Below the pieces are notes generated by a model. That model saw only the letters and a list, made by a program, of their open reading frames with translations, searched no databases and was not told the origin of the DNA. From Burkholderiales bacterium (lineage in GTDB: Bacteria; Pseudomonadota; Gammaproteobacteria; Burkholderiales; SG8-41), in NCBI GenBank assembly GCA_043743335.1, contig JAYTWR010000004.1:1708-65707 (forward strand): 64,000 nucleotides of DNA. Direction: 5' to 3'. Position 1 is the stretch's first letter. Each line of letters starts with the position of its first letter. Shown piece after piece: positions 18,003 through 27,466 of the stretch. A program made the position numbers and the translations under genes.

Positions 18003-21000
18003 TCACACGGATTTGTTTTTAATTGACCAGCGCTGAACAATCGCAGCCAATTTCTCACTGGTGAAAGGCTTGGAAATATAGTCGTCCATGCCGGCGGCGA
18101 GACAGCTCTCACGGTCGCCTTCCATGGCATTGGCGGTTTGGGCGACGATGATATGGCGCGCCTGACCTTCCTTTTCGAGGGTGCGTATGGCTTGGGTGGC
18201 GGCGAATCCGTCCATCTCGGGCATGTGGCAATCCATCATGATCAAGTCAAAATGCTGCCGCTGCGTGGCTTCGACGGCTTCGCGTCCGTCGCGCGCCAGC
18301 GTGACAATGCAGTCGAGCTTTTTCAGCATCGCCGTCGCCACCATCTGATTCACGGTATTGTCTTCGGCGAGCAGCACCGCAACACCCTTCGTCGGCGCGT
18401 CGTCAAATAACAGTCGTTGCGTTTTTGCCAGCCAGGCGTCCGCTTCTTCTAGCTCGGCAGCCTCGGGCCCTTTTACGGTAAAGCTGAAACTGCTGCCGGC
18501 ACCCGCCGTGCTCTCCACGGTCAAGGTGCCGCCCATCAGTTGCGCCAGTTGACGCGAAATGGTCAGGCCCAAGCCAGTGCCACCAAAGCGGCGCGTGGTG
18601 CCAACGTCGGCTTGGGAAAACGGATCAAATATGCGCTCAATCGCGGCTTGTGGAATGCCGATGCCGGTATCGCGTACATCAAAACGCAGGGTGATCTCAC
18701 CTTGCTCTCGGGCAGCCACGCTGACGTGCAAGCTCACCGCACCATGTCGGGTGAATTTGATGGCGTTACCGGCTAGGTTGGACAATGCTTGCGTGACCCG
18801 CACCGGATCGCCGCGTACGATGGGCGGGACGTCGGGTTCAATGTGGTAAGTCAGCGCGAGATTTTTCTCGCGCGCCGACGCGGTAAACATCTGCACCAGC
18901 CCGCTCACGCGCGAGCGCAAATCGTAGGTGATGTTTTCGATGTCGACTTTGCCGGCTTCAATTTTGGAAAAGTCGAGTATGTCGTTGATGATCTTGAGCA
19001 GACCCTCACCGGACAGCTTGACGGCATCAAGATAGCCGCGCTGATCGGCGTCGAGCGTTGTGCCGGCGAGGATGCTGGTCATGCCCAGCACGCCGTTCAT
19101 CGGCGTGCGGATTTCGTGGCTCATGTTGGCGAGGAATTGCGAGCGCGCGCGCATCGCTGCCTCGGCCTCTTCGCGTGCGCGGATCAGATTCTGCTCGGTA
19201 CGTTTCAGATCCGAGATGTCCGTGATGGCGGTGATAATGCCGCTGACTTCGCCGGCCTGATTCGAATAGGTCGATTTCGTCACAATGCAGATGGCCTTGC
19301 GTCCGTTGCCGACCGTCATTTCGCGCTCGATTTGATGGATGCCCGGCTGCTCATACAGCGCCCGTTCGATGCGTTCGATGTCCGACGCAATCTCGGGACG
19401 CCGCTGCGTGACTGTCATGGCGAGCGCATGCTCGCGCTTGATCGCAAACATTTGCTCATACGCGGTGTTTACCAAGGTAATTTGCGAATCACGATTCTTC
19501 ACCACGATGGGCATAGGCGTGGCATCCAGCAAAATGGTGGTCAGCCGCAATTGTTCTTCGGCGGCGCGCTCGGCCTGGCGTAATTGGGTGATGTCGGAAT
19601 AGGTGGTGATAATGCCCGCCACTGCCCCGGCAACGTCCCGATAGCTGGATTTCGTGATCATGCAACGCACTTTGCGCCCGGTGCCGCCGGTCAGTTCACT
19701 CTCAAACTGCCGGGTGCTTGGCGTTTGCAGCAACTCAGCGTCGACGCTTTCGATTTCACTGACGGTGGCGTCTTCCTGGCCGGGGCGTATTTGCCGGTTT
19801 AGCACGGCATCACGGTGCACATTAAAGAGTTTTTCGTAAGCCGTGTTGATATAAATAATGCGGCGCTGCGCGTTCTTAATCATGGTTGGTGCAGGAGAGG
19901 CATCGAGCAGGATATTGGTCATCTGCAGGCGATGTGCCGCCAGTTCCCCGGCATTTTTGAGATCGGTGACATCGGCGTGCATGGTCATGAAGCCCGTGAT
20001 TTTGCCGGTCGCGTCGGTCAGCGCCGCCTTGGTTGTGCTGTAGTGGCGTGTTGTGCCATCGGGCAACACGCGCGTGCGCGCGAAGTTGCGCACGCCGGGG
20101 CTTGCGCGCAAGGCTTCTTCGATTGGGCTGCCGGATTGATCCGGCGTGAACACGTTGGCTTCCAGTGTTTTCTTTCCAACTAGGGTTTCACGCCGCACGC
20201 CGAATTCCCGCTCGTACGCCGCATTGATGCGGGTAAAACGCTGCTGCCCGTCCTTGATGGAAATCGCCATCGGTGCTGATTCAAGCAGCGTTTCTGTGAC
20301 GTGCAATTGCGCAGACAAGCGTTCCTGCGCCTGCTTCAGCTCGGTAATGTCGTTGTAGGTGGTCACCAAACCGATAACCTTCCCCTCGGTATCCAGCACC
20401 GGGCCCTTGGCGACCATGAGTTGAACCACATGGCCCGAAGGTAACGTTCTGCTGGTTTCGTACTGCACAATGCGCGGGTTGGCCAGTATAGAGCGTTCTA
20501 TCGCCGCGCCCTGGTCGGCAATATCGCCGTGCGTTGCGCGCAATGTTTGCCCCAGCAGTTGCGCACGGGATCGTTCCAGCAGCCGCTCATACGGCGCGTT
20601 CATGTGCGTGAAGCGCTGATGTTCGTCTTTGATCGATAACGGCGTGGGCGTGGCTTCGAGTAGCGCTTCGGTCATGCGCAACGAGGCGCTGAGTTTGCGC
20701 TGCGCCAGCACGTTCTCCGTGTTGTCGCGCGCGATGCCGCGGTAACCGGTAAACACGCCGTGCGCATCGAATATCGGCTCGCCGTTGGCGCTGAAATGGC
20801 GGAGCCCGTTTGCCGGGGTATTCACGGGGAAAGCAAAGTTCTCAAACGGCTGGTGCGCATTCAGTGTGGCGTGGTGCGCCTGCCAATGCGGATCGTCCAG
20901 CGCGCCGCCGACGTACTCCCATCGCGTCTTGCCAATAATGTCCGAGGCATCGCTGCCTAACAACGCGGCGCCGTTAGACGACACTAGGGTGAAGCGGAAT

Positions 21001-21338
21001 TGGTCGTCTTGCTCCCAATACCAATCCGAGGAAATCCGCCGCAAGGTCTCAAAGCGGTCTTCGATCTGGCTCGCGTGACGCGCTGTTTCCAGCAGTTGCT
21101 TTTTTGCCGCCGCCAATTCAGCCGCAGTCGTGGACAGGCTTTGCAGGCGCAATTCCTGCTCGCGATCAAATTGCTGATAACTGGCGTCTACTGACTGTAG
21201 CAGCGCCTGCAAACCCTGCGCGAGTGTGGCACCCTGGGGCAGTGTGTCGACGGCAGGTGCCGCCAGCCATACAGACAGCGCCTCATCCGTGGAAAAGCGC
21301 AAGGCATCGCGGAGTTGGCGTAGGAGTTGTGCGTGCAT
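18003..21338 (-). CDS. soluble hybrid sensor histidine kinase (5 PAS, HisKA, HATPase_c, receiver)
   Basis: ~1111-aa ORF with no TM segment. It has repeated PAS modules (INxAYExxF.. x4 plus one), the H-box SHEIRTPMNGVLGM, N/G boxes, and a C-terminal receiver DLIMMDCHMPEMDG. I took ATG 21338; a TTG at 21344 is an alternative. Confidence 0.9.
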   Translation of the reverse strand: MHAQLLRQLRDALRFSTDEALSVWLAAPAVDTLPQGATLAQGLQALLQSVDASYQQFDREQELRLQSLSTTAAELAAAKKQLLETARHASQIEDRFETLRRISSDWYWEQDDQFRFTLVSSNGAALLGSDASDIIGKTRWEYVGGALDDPHWQAHHATLNAHQPFENFAFPVNTPANGLRHFSANGEPIFDAHGVFTGYRGIARDNTENVLAQRKLSASLRMTEALLEATPTPLSIKDEHQRFTHMNAPYERLLERSRAQLLGQTLRATHGDIADQGAAIERSILANPRIVQYETSRTLPSGHVVQLMVAKGPVLDTEGKVIGLVTTYNDITELKQAQERLSAQLHVTETLLESAPMAISIKDGQQRFTRINAAYEREFGVRRETLVGKKTLEANVFTPDQSGSPIEEALRASPGVRNFARTRVLPDGTTRHYSTTKAALTDATGKITGFMTMHADVTDLKNAGELAAHRLQMTNILLDASPAPTMIKNAQRRIIYINTAYEKLFNVHRDAVLNRQIRPGQEDATVSEIESVDAELLQTPSTRQFESELTGGTGRKVRCMITKSSYRDVAGAVAGIITTYSDITQLRQAERAAEEQLRLTTILLDATPMPIVVKNRDSQITLVNTAYEQMFAIKREHALAMTVTQRRPEIASDIERIERALYEQPGIHQIEREMTVGNGRKAICIVTKSTYSNQAGEVSGIITAITDISDLKRTEQNLIRAREEAEAAMRARSQFLANMSHEIRTPMNGVLGMTSILAGTTLDADQRGYLDAVKLSGEGLLKIINDILDFSKIEAGKVDIENITYDLRSRVSGLVQMFTASAREKNLALTYHIEPDVPPIVRGDPVRVTQALSNLAGNAIKFTRHGAVSLHVSVAAREQGEITLRFDVRDTGIGIPQAAIERIFDPFSQADVGTTRRFGGTGLGLTISRQLAQLMGGTLTVESTAGAGSSFSFTVKGPEAAELEEADAWLAKTQRLLFDDAPTKGVAVLLAEDNTVNQMVATAMLKKLDCIVTLARDGREAVEATQRQHFDLIMMDCHMPEMDGFAATQAIRTLEKEGQARHIIVAQTANAMEGDRESCLAAGMDDYISKPFTSEKLAAIVQRWSIKNKSV

Positions 21339-21569
21339 AGGCAAGTGGCAATCGCTGGGCTGGCGTTAGACTGTGGCAGGGCGCACTGCGGTGACGCACT
21401 GCGGTGAATGTCGATGGTGTAGTTCTATCATGGCATGGGCGCACGGGTTCTGCTGAAAACGACCGGCACAGAACGACCGGTAGAGCGACCTATTTGTTGC
21501 GTTGTAACACAAAGCCACCGCCGGCACTGGCACGCCGGTGGAACAATCGGCGAGATCATTAACCGAGGG

Positions 21570-21731
21570 CAACTATTCAGCTAAACCGTATGTCGGTGAC
21601 GAAGGAACCGCATCAGCCGTGGTGCTGACATCGAGCTGACATCGAGATATGGCCTTGCGTACGCCCGTCACGCGAACGATGCGGTTCGCTACGCTCACCG
21701 GCATCCTACGACGAAGCTGAACAGTGACAAC
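21570..21731. mobile_element. MITE/REP-like hairpin repeat, copy 1 (162 bp)
   Basis: It shares the flanks GGCAACTATTCAGC...GAAGCTGAACAGTGACAA and a long imperfect palindromic core (CGGTGACGAAGGAACCGCATC ... GATGCGGTTCGCTACGCTCACCGGCATCCTAC) with 29158-29310 and 36273-36351. Confidence 0.7.
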
Positions 21732-21756
21732 TGGGGATAGGTGGCTTATAAAAAAA

Positions 21757-21777
21757 TCAATAAAATCAATTAGTTAC
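21757..21777 (+). repeat. AT-rich IHF-consensus motif copy (TCAATAAAATCAATTAGTTAC, consensus)
   Basis: Exact consensus, 25 bp from MITE copy 1 and 38 bp downstream of the cupin stop. Confidence 0.75.
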
Positions 21778-21814
21778 AGAAATTCCGCAGATTGCAGAAT
21801 ATCTACCGTCTTGT

Positions 21815-22249
21815 TTAGTGTGTGCGACCGCCTTCAATCGATTCATAGCCCGCAGCCTCCAGCGACCCGGCACCGCTCCAGCCCCACGCCAACACCACGT
21901 CTGTGTCGGAATTATTCTTGAAGCCATGCCAGTGCCCGCGCGGGGTGAACACGACATCGCCTTTACTGGACGGAATTTCTTCGCCGTTTTCGCCGTACAT
22001 CACACCGCTGCCTTCGATCACGATCCAGAATTCATCGCAATTGAAATGCCGGTGCTGATCGTGTTGCGCGCCGGGCGGCAGCACGGTCCAGCCCACCAGC
22101 AGCTTGTCGGAATTGCAGGTTTTCTGGTTAATCAGGAATTGCACTTGCATGTTGACCCAACCGTCTTTGGCCTTGAGACCGCCGACTTTGGGTACATCGT
22201 TCAGGCTGGTTTTGTAGGGCTTTAGCGTGGTGTATTCATCCGGCTTCAT
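21815..22249 (-). CDS. cupin domain protein
   Basis: 144-aa ORF with cupin motifs HRHFNCDEFWIVIEGSG and GDVVFTPRGHWHGF. Its ATG overlaps the stop of the upstream gene (ATGA). Confidence 0.75.
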   Translation of the reverse strand: MKPDEYTTLKPYKTSLNDVPKVGGLKAKDGWVNMQVQFLINQKTCNSDKLLVGWTVLPPGAQHDQHRHFNCDEFWIVIEGSGVMYGENGEEIPSSKGDVVFTPRGHWHGFKNNSDTDVVLAWGWSGAGSLEAAGYESIEGGRTH

Positions 22250-23127
22250 GCTTGTCCTCCGAGTATGCGATAGGCTTGATGGGCGACCACAAAATCGTGG
22301 TGATCTATTTTCAGTCCGCGGCAGGCGTTCATCATTTCATTGGCCGCTGCCGCGAGCGGCGTCGGCGAGCCCAACTTGCGGCCTTGCTCCAGCACCAGCA
22401 GCATGTCTTTCTGTTGCAGGGTGACGTCGGCCAGCGGCACGGCGGGCATTTTACCGTCAAGTATGAACGGCCCGCGATAGCCCAGCACCGGTGAAGCAGC
22501 CACGCTCTTTAAAATAGCGTCCACCGCGATCTCGCGCGACACGCCACCTTTTTCCGCCAATGCCACTGCTTCGCCAAAGGCGATTACTTCGATCATTAAC
22601 AGCGCATTCACCGAGAGCTTCATCTGCACCGCCAGCCCATTGCCCCCGATGTACGTGGATTTGGGGCCGATGGCCAGCAGCACCGGTAACACTTTTTCAT
22701 ACGCCGCTTTGTTGCCACCCACCATGGTGGAGGCATTGCCCTGCACCAGCGTCACCGGGCTGCCGGAGATGGGCGCGTCGAGCATGGTCAATCCGGCCTG
22801 AGCAAATGTCGCCGCCACTTCACGGCTGGGTTCCGGCGCAATGGTGCTCATGTCAAGATAAATGCCGCCCTTTTTCAGGCCACTGATAATGCCATCCGGC
22901 CCCAGTGCGACGGATTTCACGGCGTCAGCGTCAGTGACGATGGAGAACACGATTTCCGATTGCGCCGCGACGTCGCGCGGCGTGTCGCCCCAGCGCATGC
23001 CGGCTTTGATAAGCGCTTGCGCTTTGTCGCGCGAGCGGTTCCAGCCGGTCACCGTGTGTCCAGCCGCCATGAGCCGCGCTACGATAATGGCACCCATGGC
23101 ACCGAGGCCGACGAATCCGAGTTGCAT
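22246..23127 (-). CDS. NAD(P)-dependent beta-hydroxyacid dehydrogenase (3-hydroxyisobutyrate dehydrogenase family)
   Basis: 293-aa ORF. MQLGFVGLGAMGAIIVARL Rossmann start and a 6PGD-like NAD-binding architecture. Confidence 0.85.
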   Translation of the reverse strand: MQLGFVGLGAMGAIIVARLMAAGHTVTGWNRSRDKAQALIKAGMRWGDTPRDVAAQSEIVFSIVTDADAVKSVALGPDGIISGLKKGGIYLDMSTIAPEPSREVAATFAQAGLTMLDAPISGSPVTLVQGNASTMVGGNKAAYEKVLPVLLAIGPKSTYIGGNGLAVQMKLSVNALLMIEVIAFGEAVALAEKGGVSREIAVDAILKSVAASPVLGYRGPFILDGKMPAVPLADVTLQQKDMLLVLEQGRKLGSPTPLAAAANEMMNACRGLKIDHHDFVVAHQAYRILGGQA

Positions 23128-23146
23128 GGTGTATCCCTGTAAAAAA

Positions 23147-24115
23147 TCAGTAGCCGAAGGTTACTGTGACCGGCAGGTGATCTGAACCGAGATCGGGGCC
23201 GATTTCGCGTTTCACCAGCGGCAGTGACGGATGGGCAAAGCTGTGGTCGATGGCCAGCCCCAGATTGGCGTTGTCGAAGGTCACCGGCCAAGTGTGCGCA
23301 AAGCGGCGCGGCGTGCGGGCATCGCGCAGGCCGCTGTCGGCCACGAATTTGTCGAAATGGGGCGACCATGGCGTCAGGTTAAAGTCACCCACGACGACCG
23401 GTGTTGCCTGCGGTTGCCGAGCCACCCTTTGCGCGATGTAATCCAGTTTGGTGTTGCGATCCCGCGCCATGTTCCCGGAGACCGGCGGCGGCGCGTGCAG
23501 CGCGTAGAGCGCCAGCGGTTCGCTGCGGTTCGGCAGCTTGATGAGCGCTTCAATGTGTGGATACAGCCGTAGCGGTTTGAACGACGCTTCTCCGCCCGCC
23601 AGCGGAAACCGGCTGGCCAGCGCTATGCCGAACGGGGAATCTTCTAAGTATTTGATTTGATGGGGAAAAATATCTTTTATCTCGTCGAGTATGGGGTCGA
23701 ATTGCGTCGAGGCTTCGAGTAGCACCACCACGTCGATGAGCTTGGCGCGGCGGCGTAAATACGAACTGACGCGGCCCGGCTGTTCGTGGTGCAAGCCCAC
23801 GTTAAAATGAAACACCGTGATGGGGTGTGACACGGCAGCGGCGGGTGGCTGTTCCTGCAGCCACATCTGCGCGACGGGATACCCGTTCCATAACGCCAGC
23901 GCACTGGCCAACGCGGCCCAGCGCCATACGCGCAACGCCGCCAAGCCCAACACACACAGCAGCGCGAAGACGGTGTAATGCGGCCTGAAGTGGCTGAACA
24001 GTTCAGCGAACCAATGCAGCGAAGCCAGCGCCGCGCAGCCGGTGACGAGCGCCACCAGCAGGGTCAACGCGATGAAGCGCTTGGCGATACGTTGTTTGTA
24101 TTCTCTTGGGGCCAC
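23147..24115 (-). CDS. membrane-anchored endonuclease/exonuclease/phosphatase (EEP) family protein
   Basis: The C-terminal 320 aa of the 567-aa track ORF carry TM helices plus EEP motifs (GDFNLTPWSP, GSDHLPV). I propose the GTG start at 24115. The upstream 245 'residues' overlap pcp antisense and do not look coding. Confidence 0.7.
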   Translation of the reverse strand: MAPREYKQRIAKRFIALTLLVALVTGCAALASLHWFAELFSHFRPHYTVFALLCVLGLAALRVWRWAALASALALWNGYPVAQMWLQEQPPAAAVSHPITVFHFNVGLHHEQPGRVSSYLRRRAKLIDVVVLLEASTQFDPILDEIKDIFPHQIKYLEDSPFGIALASRFPLAGGEASFKPLRLYPHIEALIKLPNRSEPLALYALHAPPPVSGNMARDRNTKLDYIAQRVARQPQATPVVVGDFNLTPWSPHFDKFVADSGLRDARTPRRFAHTWPVTFDNANLGLAIDHSFAHPSLPLVKREIGPDLGSDHLPVTVTFGY

Positions 24116-24224
24116 GGCTGCGCATTTTATCGGTAAACACCGTGCAGTGGCCGGCGAGCGGTGGTTTAAAATGTTGGTGAAACAAACCGTTACGGATGCT
24201 GATCCGTGAAAGTGTAGGTGACAC

Positions 24225-24818
24225 ATGAAAGCGCTGGTCACGGGTTTTGATCCGTTTGGCGGCGACCCGAGTAATCCGTCGTACGAGGCCGTGCGGCGCT
24301 TGCCCGCGTGGTTGGGCCGCTTGCAGGTGGTGACGGCGGAACTGCCGACGTCATTTGCGCGTGCGCCGCGCCGCTTGCGGACGTTGATCGCGCGTGAGCA
24401 GCCGCAGATCGTGTTGTGTGTGGGATTGGCGGCGGATCGCGCGGCAATCAGCATTGAGCGCCTGGCAGTGAATCTCAGCGACGCGCGCATCGCGGACAAC
24501 GACGGCGCGCAGCCGTGCAACAAAGCGGTGACGGCGCGCGCACCGGCGGCGTACTTTGCGACTCTGCCGGTGGTGAAAATTGCCGCGTCACTGAACCGTG
24601 CCGGATTGCCGGCTACGCTGTCGATGAGCGCAGGCACGTTTGTGTGTAACCACGTGTTTTTCGGGCTGATGCACGCCGTGGCGCATTCGGCCCATGTGCG
24701 GCGGGCAGGGTTTGTGCACGTACCGGCATTGCCGCAAGTCGGTGCCGATGCCGCCTTGGCGGATTTGGTGCGCGCGCTCGAAATCGTGCTGCGCACGACC
24801 CATGTCGTGGGCCGTTGA
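24225..24818 (+). CDS. pcp: pyroglutamyl-peptidase I
   Basis: MKALVTGFDPFGGDPSNPS.., catalytic Cys context SAGTFVCN and His context FVHVP. Confidence 0.9.
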   Translation: MKALVTGFDPFGGDPSNPSYEAVRRLPAWLGRLQVVTAELPTSFARAPRRLRTLIAREQPQIVLCVGLAADRAAISIERLAVNLSDARIADNDGAQPCNKAVTARAPAAYFATLPVVKIAASLNRAGLPATLSMSAGTFVCNHVFFGLMHAVAHSAHVRRAGFVHVPALPQVGADAALADLVRALEIVLRTTHVVGR

Positions 24819-24858
24819 TTGCAGACCGTTGATCTATGATACGTTTGCAAACTGTAGA

Positions 24859-24885
24859 CTAATCTAATCTAATCTAATCTAATCT
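24859..24885. repeat. pentanucleotide microsatellite (CTAAT)x5 +CT
   Basis: Read directly. It ends 13 nt before the acnX-large ATG (24899). Confidence 0.9.
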
Positions 24886-24898
24886 TTTCGCTAGGCTT

Positions 24899-26131
24899 AT
24901 GAAACTCAACGAAGAAGAACAAGACATTCTGGCTGGCAAGCAAGGCCCTGTGCCTAGGCTCGCGCTAGAACATCAAATCAAAGTGGGGACTTTTTTCGAT
25001 GCGGCAGATTTTGTGCCCGTCGCCCAAGCGCATATCATGGCGGATACCGAAAGTCTGGGCGAGGCGGGTGTGCGTTGGCTGGAAACGCTCGCGGCAGAAA
25101 AATCCGGCCGGCGGCGCGTGCGCATCCCCACGATCACCGATCCGCGCGGCACCGATTTCGCCAACGCCGCGTTTCTGGGCCATACGCGCGCGATGCTGAC
25201 ACTCGAAGAGCGCACCATCGCGGCGTTCGTGAAGCTGGGCGTGCTGATGACCAACACCTGCATCAATTATCAGACCGTGCAGCCCGCCACGCGCAACGAG
25301 CACGTGGCCTACGGCGACACCGGCGTGGTGATTTACGCCAACTCGGTGTGCGGGGCGCGCTCAAACTTCGAAGGCGGGCCGTCGGCGTTGTCGGCGGGCA
25401 TTACCGGCCGTACCCCGCGCTACGGTTTTCATTTGCCGCAGTGCCGACAAGCGACGCTGCATGTGCGTGTCGATTTCACGCCAGCGTCGCTCAACGAATG
25501 GGGCGCGCTCGGCGGGGTGATCGGGCGCATCGCGGGGAATTACTGGGCAGTGCCGGTGATCGAGGGCATCGAAGGCGCGCCGGGTTCGGATGCGCTCAAG
25601 CATTTTGGCGCCGCGATGGCGAGCTTTGGTTCTATCGCGCTCTATCACTTGGTGGGTCTCACGCCGGAAGCGTCGCGCCTGAGCGATGTGGCACCGGGCG
25701 ATTTGCCGTCGCATCGCGTCACGCGCGCGGACATTGGCGCGCTCGAACAATCTTATCGTGTAACAGATGCGGTGGATGTGGTGGTGTTTTCGGCACCGCA
25801 ATTGAGTCTGCTGGAACTGCGCGATCTGGCGGCGCTTTGCGAAGATCAGCACTTTAAGGTGCCGTTGCTCGCAGTCACCAGCCCGCAGGTCAAACCGGAC
25901 TGCGATCGCATGGGCTACACGGCCACCATCGAAAACGCGGGCGGCAACGTGCTGTCGGGCATGTGTTTTTATCAGTCGTACGCGCGTGAGATGGCCGATG
26001 CCAAGGGCTGGAAGCGGCTGGCCACCAACAGCGCCAAGCTGGTCAATATACTGGGCGGTTATGGCTATCAGCCGATGCTGGGCTCGATGCAATCGTGTGT
26101 GACGGCGGCGGTGACCGGGAGACTCACATGA
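24899..26131 (+). CDS. aconitase X catalytic (large) subunit, DUF521 family
   Basis: 410-aa ORF. EEQDILAGKQGP...AQAHIMADTES and overall DUF521/AcnX_large resemblance. Translationally coupled to the next ORF (ATGA overlap). Confidence 0.8.
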   Translation: MKLNEEEQDILAGKQGPVPRLALEHQIKVGTFFDAADFVPVAQAHIMADTESLGEAGVRWLETLAAEKSGRRRVRIPTITDPRGTDFANAAFLGHTRAMLTLEERTIAAFVKLGVLMTNTCINYQTVQPATRNEHVAYGDTGVVIYANSVCGARSNFEGGPSALSAGITGRTPRYGFHLPQCRQATLHVRVDFTPASLNEWGALGGVIGRIAGNYWAVPVIEGIEGAPGSDALKHFGAAMASFGSIALYHLVGLTPEASRLSDVAPGDLPSHRVTRADIGALEQSYRVTDAVDVVVFSAPQLSLLELRDLAALCEDQHFKVPLLAVTSPQVKPDCDRMGYTATIENAGGNVLSGMCFYQSYAREMADAKGWKRLATNSAKLVNILGGYGYQPMLGSMQSCVTAAVTGRLT

Positions 26132-26541
26132 GCGTCGGCAAGGTATTTCGCGCGCACCACGCCATGGGGCGCACGGTGCGCGGTACGGCGCTGGTGGCCG
26201 CGGACGGATTTTCTGCGCGCTATGATCTCGACCGGATTGCGGGCGTATTCGCGCGCGCGGCGCACAAACTGGTGGGGCAATCGTATTCCGGGAAAATTCT
26301 GATTCTCGACACCGCCAAAGGTGGCGTGGCGACAGCTTGGATGCTGCACGAAATGCAGGCGCGCGGCGTGGTGCCGTTGGCGATTGTGCTGAACTCGGTG
26401 AATCCGATTATCGCGCAGGGCGCTGCGCTGGGCGATGTGCCTCTGCTGGCAGGCTTTGACGAAGACATCACCACGGCTATCGCACACGGCGCGACCGTGG
26501 AGGTTAATCCTGAACAAAAAACCGTGACGGTGATGGGCTGA
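26128..26541 (+). CDS. aconitase X swivel-domain (small) subunit, DUF126 family
   Basis: 137-aa ORF from ATG 26128. G.ALV....FS....D......GKILILDTAKGG.. is the DUF126 pattern. Confidence 0.75.
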   Translation: MSVGKVFRAHHAMGRTVRGTALVAADGFSARYDLDRIAGVFARAAHKLVGQSYSGKILILDTAKGGVATAWMLHEMQARGVVPLAIVLNSVNPIIAQGAALGDVPLLAGFDEDITTAIAHGATVEVNPEQKTVTVMG

Positions 26542-26579
26542 CAGCGGATAGGCGTCGCCGTTCGCGTGGGTAACGCGCG

Positions 26580-26696
26580 TTAGTGTTCGAGGCCTTGCGC
26601 GATCAGCCATTCGCGCACGATGCTTGCGATCTCGTCACTGTTTTTGTCCATCATCACCCTGTGGCTGTTGCCGGGAATGCGGATATACTGTTTGGG
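26580..26696 (-). pseudogene. remnant of an alpha/beta-hydrolase C-terminus (38 codons, no start)
   Basis: The minus-strand frame reads PKQYIRIPGNSHRVMMDKNSDEIASIVREWLIAQGLEH*, which resembles the catalytic-His end of alpha/beta hydrolases. It is bounded upstream by an in-frame TGA. Confidence 0.35.
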
Positions 26697-26734
26697 TCAT
26701 GTTTTGGGTATCCAAGCGAATCGCAGGGTTGGGC

Positions 26735-27397
26735 ATGGCGCGCAGCGCGTGGCTGCTGATGGCGTTGGTGTGTCCCACCGTTTTGCTGGCGCAAAGCCCG
26801 CCCATGCCGGGCTTGCCCGAGGCGCACAATGCGTTGCGCGGCGATGTGCTGATGCACGCGTTGCGAGGCGGCGGTTATACCTTGTATTTCCGTCACGCCG
26901 TGCGCGACACACGCATCACGGACAGCGCATCGCTGACCATCGCTGACTGCAGCACGCAGGCACCGTTGGCGGATGTGGGGCGCGGCCAATCGCGCGCGAT
27001 CGGTCTGGCGATTGCGCGGCTGGGTATCCCGGTGGGCGAAGTGCTCGCGAGCCCTTATTGCCGGACGATGGATACCGCGCGTCTGTTGGCGAGTGGCATG
27101 CTCAGGCCCGGCAGTGTCGAGGTGATTCAAAGTGCCGACGCTATGCAGCCGCCGCAGTTGGCGCAACGGCTTGCCGCGCCAGTAGCGTGGTTTGGTGTGC
27201 GCGTGATCGTGGGTGACGGCGAGGCGTTCAGCGCGGTGGCGGGAAGCCCGGCGCTCGAAGCTGGCGAGGCCGTCGTACTGCGCCCTGGCGACGCGGGTGC
27301 TTGGGTAGTTGTGGCTCGCCTGCGCGCGGCAGACTGGGATGGTTTGGCAGCAGCGGCTACGGCGGACGCCGTTGGGCCGGGCTTGCTTAAGCCATAG
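26735..27397 (+). CDS. secreted histidine-phosphatase superfamily protein
   Basis: Signal peptide MARSAWLLMALVCPTVLLAQ, an RHA motif (LYFRHAVRD) and SPYCRTMDTARL. The start is uncertain (26624, 26699 and 26735 are in-frame options). Confidence 0.55.
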   Translation: MARSAWLLMALVCPTVLLAQSPPMPGLPEAHNALRGDVLMHALRGGGYTLYFRHAVRDTRITDSASLTIADCSTQAPLADVGRGQSRAIGLAIARLGIPVGEVLASPYCRTMDTARLLASGMLRPGSVEVIQSADAMQPPQLAQRLAAPVAWFGVRVIVGDGEAFSAVAGSPALEAGEAVVLRPGDAGAWVVVARLRAADWDGLAAAATADAVGPGLLKP

Positions 27398-27466
27398 GCT
27401 AAATCAATGGGTGACGCATTTTCGGCTGGGCGGCACGGGTGGCGATCCTGCCACCGCCCAAGCGTG

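Noticed and set aside
23147-24850. 567-aa version of the EEP-family ORF
   Set aside because: The N-terminal ~245 residues overlap pcp on the opposite strand, are Arg/Ala/Ser/Cys-rich, and precede the real TM/EEP part. I shortened the gene to a GTG start at 24115.
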